Shown here in pieces: positions 1 to 9,320 of a stretch of DNA of 64,000 nt (position 1 is its first letter; every line of letters begins with the position of its first letter). This stretch comes from Acidobacteria bacterium UBA2161. GTDB taxonomy: Bacteria > Acidobacteriota > Vicinamibacteria > Vicinamibacterales > UBA823. The DNA lies in assembly GCA_002328835.1 (NCBI GenBank), contig DCWN01000042.1, positions 177,493-241,492 on the forward strand. The letters are read 5' to 3'. The position numbers and the translations under genes are program-made. A model generated the notes under the pieces. The model had not been told where the DNA came from, did not search any database, and was given only the letters and a program-made list of their open reading frames with translations.

Positions 1-1
1 C

Positions 2-637
2 GCGGACGTCGCCGATCGGCCCGATCTCGAACCGTCGGCCGACCGCGCGACCGACGTCCTCGTGGACCAGGGCGCAAAGGTGGTCTCGATCCTGCTGGCC
101 CAGATGGAGGGCAGCGACATGAAGTCGCACTTCTACCTGGCGCGCATCCTCGGCCAGATCGGCCACGATGCGCTGCTGAAGCTGCAGGACTACCTGGCCG
201 AGGCGGAGGATCCCTACTCGCTGTCGTTCGCCCTGTACGCCCTGGGCAAGCTGACCACTCCCGAGGTGGTGCATGCGCTGCCGGAGGTCCTGGGATGTTT
301 GATCCATCCCGACAAGGAAGTCCGGGACTCGGCCGCCCGGACGGTCGGCAAGATCGCCGAGGCCGTGCCGCCCGAAGCGCTGAGCGTCGAGATGCGCGAA
401 CAGATGTTCGACGCGCTGCTGCGCTCGTCCCACTACCATCAGGCGCCCGTGCGGGCCAAGTCGTTCCGCAGCCTCGGGAAGATGGCGCGAGCCGGACTGC
501 TCGATACGACGCAGACGGACAAGCTCAGGCACGCCCTGCTGGGAGCCCTCGGGGAGGGTGATTCCGAGGAGCACACCTGGGACCAGGCGTTCATCGTGCG
601 GCGCGAGGCCAGGGACGCGCTCCGGGCGATCACGTGA
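2..637 (+). CDS. HEAT-type helical repeat protein, 5' end probably outside the window
   Basis: Track ORF 62..637. The same frame is stop-free back to nt 2. Repeated HEAT-like units are visible (ARILGQIGHDALLKL; HPDKEVRDSAARTVGKIAEAV; HQAPVRAKSFRSLGKMA). Confidence 0.6.
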   Translation, partial: ADVADRPDLEPSADRATDVLVDQGAKVVSILLAQMEGSDMKSHFYLARILGQIGHDALLKLQDYLAEAEDPYSLSFALYALGKLTTPEVVHALPEVLGCLIHPDKEVRDSAARTVGKIAEAVPPEALSVEMREQMFDALLRSSHYHQAPVRAKSFRSLGKMARAGLLDTTQTDKLRHALLGALGEGDSEEHTWDQAFIVRREARDALRAIT

Positions 638-683
638 CGTTTGCGCCATCGGCACGTTCCCTGACTCTTCAGCGGACTCCAGC

Positions 684-2123
684 ATGACCTCACCATTCGA
701 CGCCCTTCCCGAGCCGAAGAAGCCTGGCATGCCACGCCGGTTGCCGTACGCGGTCGCCGCGACATGGGTACTGGCCGTGCTGCCGGTGCAGGCGCACGTC
801 AAGTGGTTCAGCGAGTTCGACTTCAACGACCGCCCGCTGACGCTCGGCGAAGCCGTCACGCCGACCTTCATCGCCCTCGCCGGCCTGAGCATGGCGACGA
901 TCGCGCTGTTCGTCTACCTCGATCGCCATCTGGCGAGCACCGTCTGGTATCTGCGGGTGAGCGAATGGCTCGAAGCCCGCCGCGGCCAGAGCGTGCTGGT
1001 CATGCGCATCGGCCTGGGCGCCACGCTGCTGCTCTCGTGGCAGGCGGGAACGCTATTCGTGCCGGAGGGCACGGTCAGCGAATCGGTCGGGTGGTTCCAG
1101 TTTCTCGTCGCCTTCCTGTTGCTCTTCGACACCGCGGTTCCGCTGGCAGGCATCGGAGTCATGGTCCTGTTCGTGCTGGGCCTGAGCCTCTACGGCGCCT
1201 TCCACATGCTGGACTACACCTTCTTCATCGGTGTCGGCTACTACCTCGCCGTCAGCCGCTCGACCACACCGGCGCTCCGAGGCTCGGGCGTGCCCGCGCT
1301 CTATACGACGCTCGGGTTCTCTCTCTGCTGGGCCGCCCTGGAGAAGATCGTCTATCCACAGTGGAGCAGCTACTTGCTCGACGTGCACCCGCAGTTGACG
1401 CTCGGGTTCGAGCCGAGTTTCTTCCTCATCGGCGCGACCTTCGTCGAGATGAGCCTCGGCTACCTGCTGATCATCTGTCTCCTGCAGCGCCCGCTGGCGT
1501 TGCTCATCACGCTCGTCTTCTTCTTGACGACGATGGTCTTCGGCAAGACCGAGGTCATCGGACACACGATCATCCATGCGGCCCTGCTCGTGTTCTTGCT
1601 CGAAGGGCCCGGCGAGCGCTACGGCGCCCCGATTTCGTTCCTCGAACGGATCCACCTGCGAACCACGTTCGCGGCCGTGAGCTTCGCCTTCCTGCTCGCG
1701 GTCTTGATGGTTCCCTACGTCTACATCACCCAGCGCACCTACCTGGCCAACCAGTCCGCGGCTGGCACGGTCGCATCCGGCGAGCCTCGGGTCTTCTTCC
1801 TGGAGCCCAGGGACGGCGCGATCGTCAGCAGTCCCGTCACGTTTCGATTCGGAGCCGAGAACTTCAGGATCGAAGCGGTGGCGCACCGTCAGGGCCGCGA
1901 CGGCGCCGGGCACTACCAACTAGGGGTCGACGCGGAGTGTCTCCCGCCGGGCGTGATCGTCCCGGACGGTCAGCCCTGGATCCATTTCCCTGACGCGACC
2001 TCCGAGATTGTCGTGCAACTCGAACCGGGCCCCCATCGCTTCTGCCGCCAGCCCGGCGACAGCGAGCATCGCACCCTGCCAGGAGATGGCTTGGCGGCGG
2101 CGATTCGGATCACCGTGAGGTGA
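684..2123 (+). CDS. Polytopic membrane protein with C-terminal DUF4399-like domain
   Basis: In-frame ATG at 684 of track ORF 558..2123 (MTSPFDALPEPKK...), followed by many hydrophobic segments. The C-terminal ~120 aa (GAIVSSPVTFRFGAENFRI...GHYQLGVD...LEPGPHRFCRQPGDSEH) match the DUF4399 pattern. Confidence 0.65.
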   Translation: MTSPFDALPEPKKPGMPRRLPYAVAATWVLAVLPVQAHVKWFSEFDFNDRPLTLGEAVTPTFIALAGLSMATIALFVYLDRHLASTVWYLRVSEWLEARRGQSVLVMRIGLGATLLLSWQAGTLFVPEGTVSESVGWFQFLVAFLLLFDTAVPLAGIGVMVLFVLGLSLYGAFHMLDYTFFIGVGYYLAVSRSTTPALRGSGVPALYTTLGFSLCWAALEKIVYPQWSSYLLDVHPQLTLGFEPSFFLIGATFVEMSLGYLLIICLLQRPLALLITLVFFLTTMVFGKTEVIGHTIIHAALLVFLLEGPGERYGAPISFLERIHLRTTFAAVSFAFLLAVLMVPYVYITQRTYLANQSAAGTVASGEPRVFFLEPRDGAIVSSPVTFRFGAENFRIEAVAHRQGRDGAGHYQLGVDAECLPPGVIVPDGQPWIHFPDATSEIVVQLEPGPHRFCRQPGDSEHRTLPGDGLAAAIRITVR

Positions 2124-2195
2124 TCGCGCGCGACTCGGGTCGCGAGACGGGCCGGGTCGCGGCCCTGTCTCACGCTCTCGCCGGCGCCCGTAGCT

Positions 2196-2759
2196 CTAGT
2201 AGGGATAGCCCTGAAGCCTCGGCATCCCGGGCTTCCAGTCCGGGAGCTCAGCCCACGTCTCGCGGTTCGGCATCTCGATCTGCGGCAGACTCTCGGCATC
2301 GAGGACCTGGTCCTCCGCGATGACGTCGTTGATGTAGAGCAGATAGGCGGTCAGCGCGTAGACCTCATCGGCCGTGAGCGTTCCCTCTCTATTGAGCGGC
2401 ATTCCGCGATTGATGTAGTCCCAGACCACGGTCGCGTACGGCGCGCGGATCGGGAGCACTCGCCCCCATGCCCAGGGATCGGCCGCTGACCCGCTCTCAC
2501 GCTTCACCAGCCGGTCGGCGCGGCCCCCTTCCCCTTCGGGCCCGTGGCAGGTGCCGCACCGTTTCCGCTGGTAGACCAGCGCGCCTTCCTCGGGGGTTCC
2601 CCTCCCCGGTGGCAACTCGTCACCCGCCGGACTGATGGAGATGTCCCAGGCACGGATTTCCTCTGCGGTCGGCGTCCGTCCGAGACCATACGTGGGCGAC
2701 TGCGCCAGCGCGGAGCCCGCGACGAGCATCAGCAGCGGAAGAAGGCTAAGCGATCGCAT
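2196..2759 (-). CDS. sorB: Monohaem c-type cytochrome, sulfite dehydrogenase small-subunit-like
   Basis: An internal ATG of track ORF 2196..3170 gives the signal peptide MRSLSLLPLLMLVAGSALAQ. There is a single CGTCH haem motif. The start overlaps the stop of the upstream molybdoenzyme gene by 14 nt, the classic sorAB order. Confidence 0.65.
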   Translation of the reverse strand: MRSLSLLPLLMLVAGSALAQSPTYGLGRTPTAEEIRAWDISISPAGDELPPGRGTPEEGALVYQRKRCGTCHGPEGEGGRADRLVKRESGSAADPWAWGRVLPIRAPYATVVWDYINRGMPLNREGTLTADEVYALTAYLLYINDVIAEDQVLDAESLPQIEMPNRETWAELPDWKPGMPRLQGYPY

Positions 2760-4002
2760 TGTGCACACTCCCATCGCTCGCGACCCGCCACGGCTGAATC
2801 GAGTTGTCGCGGCCTGGCACCCTGAATGACGGGCCCAGCGGCACCTCGAAAAACTCAGCGACCTGGGCTCGCGACGGCTGCACCTGGCCCAGTTCGTCCG
2901 TGCAGCGCGACTGTAGCTCGGTTGCCTGCCCATTCCAGTTCCATGAGAAACCGAATCGGGCGTGCGCCATCCGATCCGCCGTCCCCTTGATTTCGGCATC
3001 CGACCAGCTTTGGCCGCCGTCGGTGGAGACCTCCACCCTGCGAATGGCGCCCCCACCCGACCAGGCCAGGCCGCTGATCTCGTAGAATCCGCGGCCGGGC
3101 AGCTCCTGTCCGCCGGACGGATACGTGATGACCGACTTCGGGCCGATCTGGTACCCCAGCGCCGCGGCATCCGGGTCCTGCGTGAGATGGCCGTAGTCGT
3201 TGTAGGTCATGTAATACCGGTCAACCACCTTGATGCGCCTCAGGTACTTGGTGTGGAAGATCCCTTCGAAGCCGGGAACCATCAGCCGCAGCGGAAACCC
3301 CTGCTGGGCACGCAGGTCCTCGCCGTTCATGCCGTAGGCCACCAGGCAATCCTCCATCGCCTTCGCCATCGGAATGCTCGACGATCCCTTCACTTCCTCC
3401 GTCCCTTCACAGACGATCCAGGGTGCGCCGTCTTGCACGCCGGCCTCCTCGAGCAGGACGGACAGGGGCACGCCGGTCCATTCGGCGCAGCTGGTCATGC
3501 CATGCGTCTCCTGCGCGGTCCGACGATCGGACCTCGAGCTGTTCCCCGCGCACTCGATGAAATGTGTGCGAGTGACCGACGGGAGACGCTTCAAGTCCTC
3601 CATGGTGAACGTCAGCGGACGGTCCACCATGCCGTGGATCATGAGACGGTGTTCCTGGGGATCGATGTCGGGCATGAAGGAGCCACGCGTCGTCCCCACG
3701 AAGTGGAGCGAGGATGGCGTAATCACCCCCACCGAGTCCTGAAGCGGAGTCGCCACATGAAACACGAGCCCGAACCCATCGGGCGACGGCCTGCCGCCGG
3801 GCGGATGCTGTATGCGGACCGAGGTGACGAAGCGGGAGCGCTCCCCATAGGCGATCAGCTCGTCAGTGCCCTTGATGTAGCCAAGCGGCCCGGACCCTAG
3901 GGTCTGGCCGAGCGCGGGTTCTACCGCCCCCATGGTCAAACCGCCGGCCAACGCGGCTCCGCCTTTCAGGAATCCCCTTCGACCAGGTCGTGTGGAACCC
4001 AT
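2746..4002 (-). CDS. sorA: Sulfite-oxidase-family molybdopterin oxidoreductase (sulfite dehydrogenase-like), Tat-exported
   Basis: An internal ATG of track ORF 2746..4125 gives the Tat leader MGSTRPGRRGFLKGGAALAGG. The Mo-ligand cysteine context HFIECAGNS is present, with sulfite-oxidase-type Moco and dimerisation regions throughout. Confidence 0.8.
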   Translation of the reverse strand: MGSTRPGRRGFLKGGAALAGGLTMGAVEPALGQTLGSGPLGYIKGTDELIAYGERSRFVTSVRIQHPPGGRPSPDGFGLVFHVATPLQDSVGVITPSSLHFVGTTRGSFMPDIDPQEHRLMIHGMVDRPLTFTMEDLKRLPSVTRTHFIECAGNSSRSDRRTAQETHGMTSCAEWTGVPLSVLLEEAGVQDGAPWIVCEGTEEVKGSSSIPMAKAMEDCLVAYGMNGEDLRAQQGFPLRLMVPGFEGIFHTKYLRRIKVVDRYYMTYNDYGHLTQDPDAAALGYQIGPKSVITYPSGGQELPGRGFYEISGLAWSGGGAIRRVEVSTDGGQSWSDAEIKGTADRMAHARFGFSWNWNGQATELQSRCTDELGQVQPSRAQVAEFFEVPLGPSFRVPGRDNSIQPWRVASDGSVHNAIA

Positions 4003-4090
4003 GGGTCTCTCCTTCGCAGACGAGGTTGTCCGCAGATCATCTTCTCGGTGGACGAAAGTATACGCCACTGAGCCCGGCGACGAAGAGTGC

Positions 4091-4119
4091 TTGACTTCAC
4101 TCCAGACGTCGACAATACT
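4091..4119 (+). promoter_or_regulatory. Sigma-70-like promoter candidate (TTGACT-N17-AATACT)
   Basis: TTGACT at 4091-4096, a 17-nt spacer, then AATACT at 4114-4119. It lies about 50 nt upstream of ATG 4169 in the divergent gap between the sorA-like gene and the membrane-protein gene. Confidence 0.35.
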
Positions 4120-4168
4120 TTGCATTGTAAAGTTCGCCGAAGGGCCCAGCCGGCTGAGGTCGCTCCGT

Positions 4169-4792
4169 ATGCAGCTCGACGAGGCGTTGCGCCAGATTTC
4201 GGATATTCGCCAGCAGATGGCGCGAAGCGAACTGTTTCGCGGCTATCGATCGGTGACTGTCGGTTTTTCTGGCGCCGCCGGCCTCCTAGCGGCCGCATTT
4301 CAACCGCAGTGGGTCGCCTCGCCCGAGAACGATCTGGGGCGCTACCTCGGCCTCTGGCTGACTGTCGCCGCTGCGAGCCTGGCGGTGGGCGGAACCGAGA
4401 TGTACTGGCGGGCGCGTGGCGCCGGGGCCGGGTTGGCCCGCCAACGGACACTCCTGGCGGTCAACCAGTTCCTGCCCTGTGTCGTGGTAGGCGCCCTGCT
4501 CACGCTGGCCATCTATCGCAGCGCGCCGCACGTCGCCTGGATGCTGCCGGGGTTGTGGTCGCTGCTCTACGGCCTTGGCGTGTTCGCCTCGTACCGGCTG
4601 CTGCCCCGGCAGGTGTTCTGGGTCGGATCGTATTACGTGGTGTGTGGCTGCGCCTGCCTCCTCTGGGGACAGGGTGACAACGCATTCTCACCCTGGCTGA
4701 TGGGAGTCAGCTTCGGCGGTGGCCAGTTGCTGAGCGCGGCGATTCTGTACTGGACCCTGGAAAGGACCGATGCCTCGTCACGGACAGACTGA
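4169..4792 (+). CDS. Integral membrane protein of unknown function
   Basis: In-frame ATG at 4169 of track ORF 3932..4792 (MQLDEALRQISDIRQQM...), followed by about 5 hydrophobic helices. Its 3' end overlaps the following regulator gene by 23 nt. Confidence 0.55.
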   Translation: MQLDEALRQISDIRQQMARSELFRGYRSVTVGFSGAAGLLAAAFQPQWVASPENDLGRYLGLWLTVAAASLAVGGTEMYWRARGAGAGLARQRTLLAVNQFLPCVVVGALLTLAIYRSAPHVAWMLPGLWSLLYGLGVFASYRLLPRQVFWVGSYYVVCGCACLLWGQGDNAFSPWLMGVSFGGGQLLSAAILYWTLERTDASSRTD

Positions 4793-5177
4793 GAATGCCA
4801 AGCCTGCTGTCGCCGGCACGGGCCGTTTCTCCTACGAGGGCCTCGACCGCGTCATGCACGAGAAGGCCCGCTTGGGCATTCTGGCCTCGCTCGCGGCCAA
4901 TCTCGGCGGCCTGCTGTTCAACGACTTGAAGCAGCTCTGTTCGCTGACCGATGGGAATCTCAGCCGGCACCTGACCGTCCTGAGCGAAGCCAGACTGGTC
5001 GAGACCTGGAAGGGCACGACGGGGCCACGGCCCCAGACGATGTATCGCCTGACGGCCCGTGGCCGGCACCGGTTCGCCGACTACATCGGTGTCCTGGAGA
5101 AGGTTGTCGCCGATGCCCAGGCGGAGGTGCAGCCCGACGCCGGTCCGCAGTTGTCAAAGGGGTGGTCGCCAGCGTGA
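4770..5177 (+). CDS. Winged-helix (ArsR/HTH_34-like) transcriptional regulator
   Basis: YEGLDRVMHEKARLGILASLAAN...LLFNDLKQLCSLTDGNLSRHLTVLSEARLVE is the typical HTH_34 winged-helix pattern. It is translationally overlapped with the upstream membrane-protein gene. Confidence 0.65.
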   Translation: MPRHGQTENAKPAVAGTGRFSYEGLDRVMHEKARLGILASLAANLGGLLFNDLKQLCSLTDGNLSRHLTVLSEARLVETWKGTTGPRPQTMYRLTARGRHRFADYIGVLEKVVADAQAEVQPDAGPQLSKGWSPA

Positions 5178-5196
5178 AGGCACGCCCCTTTTTTTT
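5156..5196 (+). terminator. Possible intrinsic terminator ending in a T8 tract
   Basis: AAAGGGG (5156-5162) can pair with CCCCTTT (5185-5191). It is followed by the rest of an 8-T run (5189-5196), which is striking in this GC-rich DNA. An alternative short CCCC/GGGG hairpin flanks the T-run. It sits at the stop codon of the regulator gene. Confidence 0.35.
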
Positions 5197-5246
5197 GGGG
5201 CCCACTTTGCGATGCAACGATTGATGACAAGAGAGGCTGCAGGCCG

Positions 5247-6112
5247 ATGAGAGTCATCCGCGCCGCGGAAATGCGGATCTGCTTCGGCGTCAAGGACGCC
5301 CTCTACGTCACCACTCGGTTCCCGATCCGACCCAGGTCACGATCCATGGCGAACTGGTTCACAACCCACACGTCACGACACGCCTGCGTGCGGCAGGCTT
5401 TCGGCAGTCCGCCGAGGACAACCGCGACACGGTCGCAAGGACGCCGCTCGTCCTCATCGCGGCGCACGGCCTGAGCCACACGGAACGGCACCGACTGTCA
5501 GCCGCCCACGAGGCGGTAATCGACACGACCTGCCCGCTCGTTCGACGCGCGCACGACGCCGCCGTCGAGCTGCAGGCCGAGCGCCGGCATCTCTTACTCA
5601 TCGGCCAGCCCGGCCACGTCGAAGTACGAGGACTCATCGGTGATCTGGACAGCTATGACGTGATCGCCGATCCGACTGCCGTCAGGCGCTACGAGCATCA
5701 GCGGCTAGGCATCGTGTCCCAGACCACCACGCCCCCGGACCTCGTCGCCGCCATCTGCACGCGCATCCAGCAGCGCAATCCACTCGCCGACATACGCGTG
5801 ATCGATACGGTCTGCCAGCCCACCCGGCTTCGGCTGGACGCCGTCCTCGACCTGGTACAGCGTGTGGCCGCGATCGTAGTCGTCGGCGGACGCAACTCGA
5901 ACAACACTCACCAACTGGTGCAACTCTGCCACGAGCATCGGACCCCGGCGCTGCACGTCGAACGCGCGGATGAGCTGGACCCCGACTGGTTCGATGACGT
6001 CCACACCGTCGGACTGACGGCCGGCACATCGACGCTCGACGAAACGGTCGACGAGGTCCACCGCGCGCTCGAACGGATGGGCCCGCATCGACAAGAGGTA
6101 GCGACGCTATGA
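5247..6112 (+). pseudogene. ispH: 4-hydroxy-3-methylbut-2-enyl diphosphate reductase (IspH/LytB), interrupted by one frame change near 5319-5325
   Basis: The N-terminus MRVIRAAEMRICFGVKDAL is in frame 0 (track ORF 5247..5474). The remainder (VTIHGELVHN, DTTCPLV, GIVSQTT, DTVCQPT, GGRNSNNT) is in the +2 frame, which ends at 6112 (track ORF 5660..6112). All three Fe-S cysteines are present. Confidence 0.75.
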
Positions 6113-7399
6113 ATACTCCAACGAGTCGTTTCGGCCGCACCCTTCGGCTCTCGCTAGCCTCGCTCCCCCTACTGACCGCACCGCTGCTCTCCGCCTGCGG
6201 CCCGATCTGCGAGACGGTCAACTCCTGGAGCGCCTGCTACTTCGACGTCCACCGCGACGACGCCTCGGCCGTGCGTTCCGAAATCGACGAGGCCCCGGCG
6301 GCCGCGCACACCGACGCCGTCGAGCGGGCTCGCCCACTGGCCCGTGCCTTCGTCGCCGACGAGAACCTCCCCGGGTTGTCGCTCGCGGTGGGAGTCGCCG
6401 GAGAGGTCGTCTGGGCCGAGGGCTTCGGGTGGGCCGATATCGACGAGCGGCGCCTCGTGACGCCCAGCACGCTGTTCCGTATCGGAAGCGTTGCCAAACC
6501 GATGACCGCCGCGGCCGTTGGTCTGCTCGTCGAGCGCGGCCTGCTCGGCCTCGACGCGCCGGTGCGCGACTACGTGCCCGGCTTTCCCGAAAAGGCGTGG
6601 CCCGTCACGACGCGCCAGTTGATGGGCCACGTCGCCGGCGTGCGCCACTACGGCGACGACGACGAACTCCTGTACATGCGCGGCCGCTGCGCGAGCCCGG
6701 GGGGCGGGCTGGAACGCTTCGCCGACGATGCCTTGCACTTCCCCCCCCTACTCCAGCTACGGCTGGACCCTGGTCGGCGCCGTCGTCGAGGCGGCCGCGG
6801 ACGAGCCCTTTCTCGACTTCATGCAGCGCGAGGTATTCGACCCTTCGGAGATGAAGGACACGGCGCTCGACGATGCTCGCCGGCCCGCTGCCCGGCGGAC
6901 GCGCCTCTACTGGCCCTTCGCCGCTCGGAATCCGCGTCTCGGCGTCGAGTCTGCCAACGACGGCGACATCTCGTGCATCCAGGGCGCGGGCGCACTTCTC
7001 TCGACGCCGTCCGACGTCGCCCGTTTCGGCCTCGCGATGCTGGGCGGTCGCCTGCTGCGCTCCGACACGCTCGACCTGCTGCGAACGCCGCTCGAACTCG
7101 AGTCCGGCGAATCGACAGGGTACGGCCTTGGATGGTTCGTCCGGTCCGTACCCTTCGGAGAGGAGGCGACGACCGCCATCGGACACGGTGGCAGCACCGG
7201 CGGCGGCTCCACGTCGTTCCTGACGCTGCCCGAGCACGGCATCGTCGTCGCGGTGACCACCAACATCTCCTACGCCGGGAAGCTCCCCTCGCTCTCGCTG
7301 CGACTCGAACGGATCTTCGGCGGGATGGAGGCGCCGGCTTCCCAGGACCTCGACGGCGATTCCGCCCGCATCGACGAGTTCAGGCCGCGAGCCTGGTAG
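6109..7399 (+). pseudogene. Beta-lactamase-fold serine hydrolase lipoprotein, interrupted by a frame change in a C8 run (6741-6748)
   Basis: The N-terminal part is track ORF 6109.. (lipobox LLSAC, SxxK motif SVAKPMT). The C-terminal part is track ORF 6728..7399 (YSSYGWTLVGAVVE, GLGWFV, GHGGSTGG). Removing one C joins them as ...ALHFPPYSSYGW.... The ATG overlaps the ispH stop (ATGA). Confidence 0.7.
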
Positions 7400-7487
7400 G
7401 TCGCTCTAGAGCCCTGCCCATAAGGAATAGGGCCACGGCGACGAGGGCCACGGATGGGCTCATCATGAGCGACGGCGGGCGAACAGC

Positions 7488-8969
7488 TCAGACGCCGAGC
7501 GACCAGCCCCCGCGGTACTCGCGGCGAACGTACTGGTTGGCATCCTCGAGATTCGTGATCCGCATCGCCTCGCCGTCCCAGAGCAGCTTCTTCCTGCCCA
7601 GATAGTGGGTCTGCTCGCGGTCTCGGTCGTCTAGGACGGATTCGCTGAGCATGAAGCTGCGGAGCGCGAGGTTGCCCATCAACACCATCTCGGTCAACGG
7701 CCCCGAGTAGTCGAAGTTCGAGCTGCACGACGCGCCACCCTTGCAGGCCTCTACCCAAACACGCTGGTGGCCCTCCGTATCGCCGTCGACGCGCGCCAGC
7801 GTGGGAGCCGGCTGCTCGAAATCCTCCATCCTCGACGTCGGCAAGAGCACCGGGTTGCGGCCGTAGGTCTCGCACATGAGGGAGCCGCGGCTCCCGACGA
7901 AGAGACACCCCCCGTCCCCGTCGCCCAGCATTTCGTCCTCCGCCAGCTCCGCCGGTCGGCGAGGCAAGAGGCCGCCGTCGTACCAGGTGACCTGCACGGG
8001 CGGCATCCCTTCGCGCGCGGGGAAATCGAAGTGGATCACCGAGGAGTTGGGCGCGCTGCCAAAGTTGGGCAGCGGCTCCCAGTCGTCGACGAAGACCGAC
8101 GCGCTCGCCTCGACGCTCGTGGGGTACCCGAGCTTCAGCGCTTTGAAGATCGGGTCGATGATGTGGCAGGCCATATCCCCCAGGGCGCCGGTGCCGTAGT
8201 CCCACCACCCGCGCCAGCTGAATGGCAGGTAGGCAGGATGATACGCGCGCACTGGGGCCGTGCCCAGCCAGAGATCCCAGTCCAGCGTGGCCGGCACGGG
8301 CGGTCTGTCGCGCGGGCGCGTGAGCCCCTGCGGCCAGACGGGCCGGTTGGTCCAGGCGTGAACGGTGCGCACCTCGCCGATCGCGCCGGCCCAAATCCAC
8401 TCGCAGATCCGGCGGATGCCTTCACCGGAGTTTCCCTGGTTGCCCATCTGCGTGGCAACCCCGTAGCGCCGGGCCGCCTCGGTGAGCATGCGGGCCTCGT
8501 AGACATCGTGCGTCAACGGCTTTTCGACGTAGACGTGCTTGCCCAATTGCATCGCCGCCATCGCCACGACCGCGTGCATATGGTCCGGCGTCGCGACCAT
8601 CACGGCGTCGATGCCGTCCGGCATCTCGTCGAACAACACGCGATAGTCCTTGTAGCGCGTCGCGCCAGGAAACCGCTCGTAGGTGACGGCGGCCTGCTCG
8701 TCATCGACGTCGCACAGCGCGACGACGTTCTCGAGGGTCTTGCCGGTCTCCTCGGTGTAGCCACTGGCCCCGCGCAGGACGCCGGCACCTCGGCCGCCGA
8801 CCCCAACACCGGCGATGTTGAGCCGGTCGCTCGGGGCTTGGTAGCCGGTCCCGCCGAGCACATGTCGCGGAACGATCATCACGCCCCCGGCAGCCAACGC
8901 CGATCCCAGGAACGTCCGCCGCGACAGATCGGACCGCGCGGCCCCGCTGGTCTTCTTTGAGGTGTTCAT
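7488..8969 (-). CDS. Gfo/Idh/MocA-family oxidoreductase with Tat leader
   Basis: Tat leader SRRTFLGSALAAGGVMIV; Rossmann motif LNIAGVGVGGRG; the family signature EKPLTHDVYEARML. Confidence 0.8.
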   Translation of the reverse strand: MNTSKKTSGAARSDLSRRTFLGSALAAGGVMIVPRHVLGGTGYQAPSDRLNIAGVGVGGRGAGVLRGASGYTEETGKTLENVVALCDVDDEQAAVTYERFPGATRYKDYRVLFDEMPDGIDAVMVATPDHMHAVVAMAAMQLGKHVYVEKPLTHDVYEARMLTEAARRYGVATQMGNQGNSGEGIRRICEWIWAGAIGEVRTVHAWTNRPVWPQGLTRPRDRPPVPATLDWDLWLGTAPVRAYHPAYLPFSWRGWWDYGTGALGDMACHIIDPIFKALKLGYPTSVEASASVFVDDWEPLPNFGSAPNSSVIHFDFPAREGMPPVQVTWYDGGLLPRRPAELAEDEMLGDGDGGCLFVGSRGSLMCETYGRNPVLLPTSRMEDFEQPAPTLARVDGDTEGHQRVWVEACKGGASCSSNFDYSGPLTEMVLMGNLALRSFMLSESVLDDRDREQTHYLGRKKLLWDGEAMRITNLEDANQYVRREYRGGWSLGV

Positions 8970-9042
8970 GATCGAGTCCTCCCGGCTTCCGGCCCACCCG
9001 CTCAGCGCGAGACTAGCATAGTCGACACGAAACGCGAGACCG

Positions 9043-9294
9043 TCATGGCGTCTCGTAGATCTGGATCAGGTTGCCGCCAGTGTCGTCGAAGATCGCGATG
9101 GTCGCCGTGCCGACGGCGGTCGGTTCGGTGAAGAAGTCGACGCCCGATTCCCGCAACCGCTCGTAGGTCGCCGGCACGTCTTCGACCTCGAACGTGGGAA
9201 CGGCGCCGCCGATCTGCTGGCCGCTCACGCCACCGCCCAGCAGGGCGACTGCCAAGACGGCCGCTCCGCACGCAAACGTCCTCGGCCTCTCCAT
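9043..9294 (-). CDS. Small secreted VOC/glyoxalase-like single-module protein
   Basis: ATG at 9294 is preceded by GGAAGGAGAGGAGG. Signal peptide MERPRTFACGAAVLAVALLGGG, then one beta-alpha-beta-beta-beta module (FEVEDVPATYERLRESGVDFFTEP...IAIFDDTGGNLIQIYE). It is last in the PQQ-dehydrogenase/GH172 string. Confidence 0.45.
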   Translation of the reverse strand: MERPRTFACGAAVLAVALLGGGVSGQQIGGAVPTFEVEDVPATYERLRESGVDFFTEPTAVGTATIAIFDDTGGNLIQIYETP

Positions 9295-9320
9295 GCCTCC
9301 TCTCCTTCCCCACTCACGCG

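Noticed and set aside
1401-1417. A tRNA T-arm-like hairpin: CTCGG-GTTCGAG-CCGAG.
   Set aside because: It lies inside the coding frame of the membrane protein (…TLGFEPSFF…). There is no flanking acceptor, D-arm or anticodon-arm structure.
2504-3170. The long N-terminal extension of track ORF 2196..3170 and the nested ORFs 2544..2825 and 2635..2829.
   Set aside because: The extension overlaps the sorA-like coding region in another frame and is Arg-rich junk. The cytochrome gene begins at the internal ATG (2759), which yields a clean signal peptide.
5184-5201. CCCC-T8-GGGG as a possible programmed slippery or phase-variable tract.
   Set aside because: It is intergenic, just after a stop codon, so length changes would not alter a reading frame. 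A terminator-like role is the more economical reading.
7380-7466. A 28-codon hydrophobic mini-ORF (MMSPSVALVAVALFLMGRALERPTRLAA) on the minus strand, just downstream of the Gfo/Idh/MocA gene.
   Set aside because: It has no SD and overlaps the 3' end of the convergent hydrolase gene. Nothing distinguishes it from chance in a GC-rich spacer.
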